From Lophium mytilinum (lineage: Eukaryota), in assembly GCA_010093605.1 (NCBI GenBank), contig MU004182.1:445502-509501 (forward strand): 64,000 nt of DNA. The letters run 5' to 3'. Numbering within the stretch: position 1 is the stretch's first letter; each line of letters begins with the position of its first letter. The translations under genes and the position numbers were made by a program. The notes beneath the pieces are model-generated. The model did not search any database, was not told the DNA's origin, and saw only the letters and a program-made list of their open reading frames with translations. This document shows positions 61,373 to 64,000 of the stretch, in pieces.

Positions 61373-62198
61373 TCCAATCACTCGGTGTCCCGTAAGTCTT
61401 CGAAATACGTGGGCACACCTCGGTTCGCGGGCACTTCGCTGCCATTAGCATTAGTCCTCTCGAAGAGTATCTCCAAATATAGATCTCCTTCCAGGAAGCT
61501 GTCATTTGAATCTCCATTGTAATGGTGTTCCATCATCTACGAGAGCCCAGACTTCTTCGGTAAATCTATAAGCTGGTCGACATACTCCGGCTCACCAATA
61601 GTAACCTAAAAATACATGTCAACGTCGAGCCGAGTGACCCATCACATAGTTTTCAGCCAAGACTGAGTTTAGACAGGCGAGAATGAATCGTCGTTCCGTG
61701 AACCTCCTGCATTTTCGCCGGTTCCTGGGCCCTAGTTCATAAGCAAAACTTACAGCCGAATCAAGTTCCCCATTATCCACACTTTTTGTTCCACCTTTAT
61801 TGGCAAATCGGGCTAGCATTGAAAAAAGTGGCCCATTGGCTACAAGCTTCGTTCCGAGTGACAAAAAGACCTGCTTTCGAGGGTTGGCAGTGGTCATTAA
61901 AACGACTTCATGAAGGCAACACCCCTGTGTCCGACCCTTATATCCCTATTTTGGAATTACTGGTGCGAATATGCTGCTGGAAGTTTGGATCTATGATCTG
62001 AAAACTAAGTAGCTTCAGGATGATTTTCCAAAGAGGTCCTTGAATATCGTGCGGCCATGTCCTACAACAGCAGTAAGCCCCAGACCCAGACTCCTCGCAT
62101 TATTCTCTGCTGGATTTCTTGCCTTTTATAGTCTGTTTCTAAGAGTCAATCTACCAACTCCCTCAGCCTTCTCAGGGATTTACCCGCCAACCTCCGTC

Positions 62199-64000
62199 AT
62201 GAAGGTCAACGGGTCTCAACACTTCGTGAAGCTCCTTCTCCTCGTTTTTGGGATCCTCGCTTTGGTGTCTGGGAAGTCAACGGAACAGAAGGGCGGATGT
62301 TGTAATGCCTTTTCCCCTTTGCGCTTAAATGCTGACTAGCCCAGTGAAGGAACACTACCGATTCAAGTCGTCCGGAAAGCCAATAAAGGTCTTGCCCTCC
62401 GCCGGCTCCAGATGTAGTACTGCCTTTCTCCCTCTGCGCTTGAGTACTGACTGGTGTAGCGAAAGAGTATTCAGCTCCATCCGAAAAGCTGACGATCGTC
62501 TCGACGATCACCGTCTCAACGTCCGCCGTCTCAACGTCCACCTCGGCGACTCAAACAGGACTTCGAGCCACGGAAACCGCAAAAAGCAACTATATATGTG
62601 ATTCTCTCGGTGACGAATGCAGTTTCGGTCGGTATTCCGCACTCATTTCCAGCGCACATGGGCATGAAGACCAGGAGCCGGATAAGACCTCGACTGCTTT
62701 CAAAAAAGGCTACAAGTTAGGCCAAGCACATTACGTCAAAAACGCCACAGCCCAAAGCGCGAATAATGACGAGGAGTATATCGCCGGTTACCGCTATGGG
62801 AAGTTCAACTTTACTGTAATCGCGACTCTGGATGACTTCCCCAGCCCAAAAAGTGGTTTACACAGTGCAGACTCCAAGTTTCTCAACCAGGAATCCGCAA
62901 AATTCAGAGCAGCGTTCTGGGACGGTCTCGGGGATCGAGTCTTGAAGACACAGGAATTAATTAATGATGAGGAGTGTTATGCCTGGGAGCCACTCACCGA
63001 AGAGGTGTGGGAAGAGTGGAAGGTTACGGATTGGCTGAAAGAAGAAGAATCTGACTACAAGGGCGACAACTTCACATTACATCTGAAACAAAAGTATGCT
63101 CCGACATTGGACAATTCTACTTTCGATTGTACTCGTGAAGCCGGGTATACATGCGCGGTAAATCATGTTCTGTCTTGAAAGTTTGGTCTATCACTGACAC
63201 ATGGTAGCCTTTTAACTGTTCGTACTTCGAAACAGTTCCCCAGAATAGCAGTGCAAATGATCAAAGAAAGGCCTGGTATGCATTCGTCAAGATCGCTAAT
63301 ATGGCAAACGAGCACCAAGACCTATGGGAAGCGAACAAGAACGAATCTTTACTCGATGGAATTATTGAATCCACTTACGAAGACGTCCACCGGTTCACTC
63401 AAGGGGAGAACGGTCAAATCGATGCAATAAAAAGAAACCATGCCGAGAAATCGATATTCTTGAACACGTTTATGGGTCTCATAGCGTTTGACTTTTATTT
63501 TGGGCTTCCCGACGATCAAGTAAACAAGACACTCGAAAGCAGGGCAGGAATCATTGACGCCGTCAAGGATATGCCGGCAAATTATCAGAGTCCCCCGTAA
63601 GCTTTTGGGCTGCCATTGCATGGCCGATGCTAATCAATCTTCATAGAGCTGATTTCGAAGGTTACTTCATGTGGACGAGTATAACGAACGCATCAGCGCA
63701 TATGCATGACTCTCTAATGCAATTGATGCTGAATCTGACCACCCAGGGCCACTCATTCCAACGCCACGCATCTGACAACCACATCACCCTGTCGGAAATG
63801 CTCACAGGGTAAGGCATATGAATTGATTCCTCGCGAGTCTTTGCTCTTGACGGTGTGGTACTCTTCACTGACTGTCAGCGCAGACGCTATGCCACCCGCA
63901 GAGTAAATATGTACCAACACATCCAAGAGGTCATGCGGCACGAATATATGGCTCTTCAAATCAACTTATTTTGGAAGTCCAATAGGGCCTACATTGCAGT
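62199..64000 (+). CDS. Multi-exon, possibly secreted hypothetical protein; runs off the window and may be disrupted
   Basis: MKVNGSQHFVKLLLLVFGILALVSG looks like a signal peptide. An S/T-rich stretch and several same-strand ORF pieces follow, separated by intron-like sequence. The exon structure is not resolved. Confidence 0.4.

Noticed and set aside
16300..64000. Starship or other giant mobile element carrying the accessory region
   Set aside because: No tyrosine recombinase, transposase or recognisable boundary repeats in the window. It cannot be excluded beyond the window edge.

Overview
Eukaryotic DNA from a filamentous ascomycete, recognisable by short GT-AG introns with CTAAC/CTGAC branch sites. 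The first ~16 kb is mostly conserved genes (F-box, Myb-like, SIRT4-like sirtuin, DCR2 phosphoesterase, Trm61-like tRNA methyltransferase, NNF1), interrupted by solo LTRs, a minisatellite and gene fragments. From ~16.3 kb onward the region looks accessory. It holds a dispersed 6-methylsalicylic acid synthase cluster (22.5-49.7 kb) whose gene types match the terreic acid/terremutin pathway: PKS, salicylate-hydroxylase-like FAD monooxygenase, CYP619-like P450, AtD/PatJ-like cupin, GMC oxidoreductase, MFS transporter and Zn2Cys6 regulator. The most novel signal is a family of six intronless, highly diverged paralogs scattered in and around the cluster, which I cannot assign to any known family. 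They share an N-terminal helical domain (truncated in two), one hydrophobic segment, a charged coiled-coil-like stretch and a TATA plus CA-rich leader. Five of the six end in an acidic W-x-x-[ILV] motif matching the Atg8-interacting motif (AIM/LIR), which suggests membrane-anchored autophagy receptors or antidote-type proteins. All calls come from reading the sequence by eye; no searches were run.
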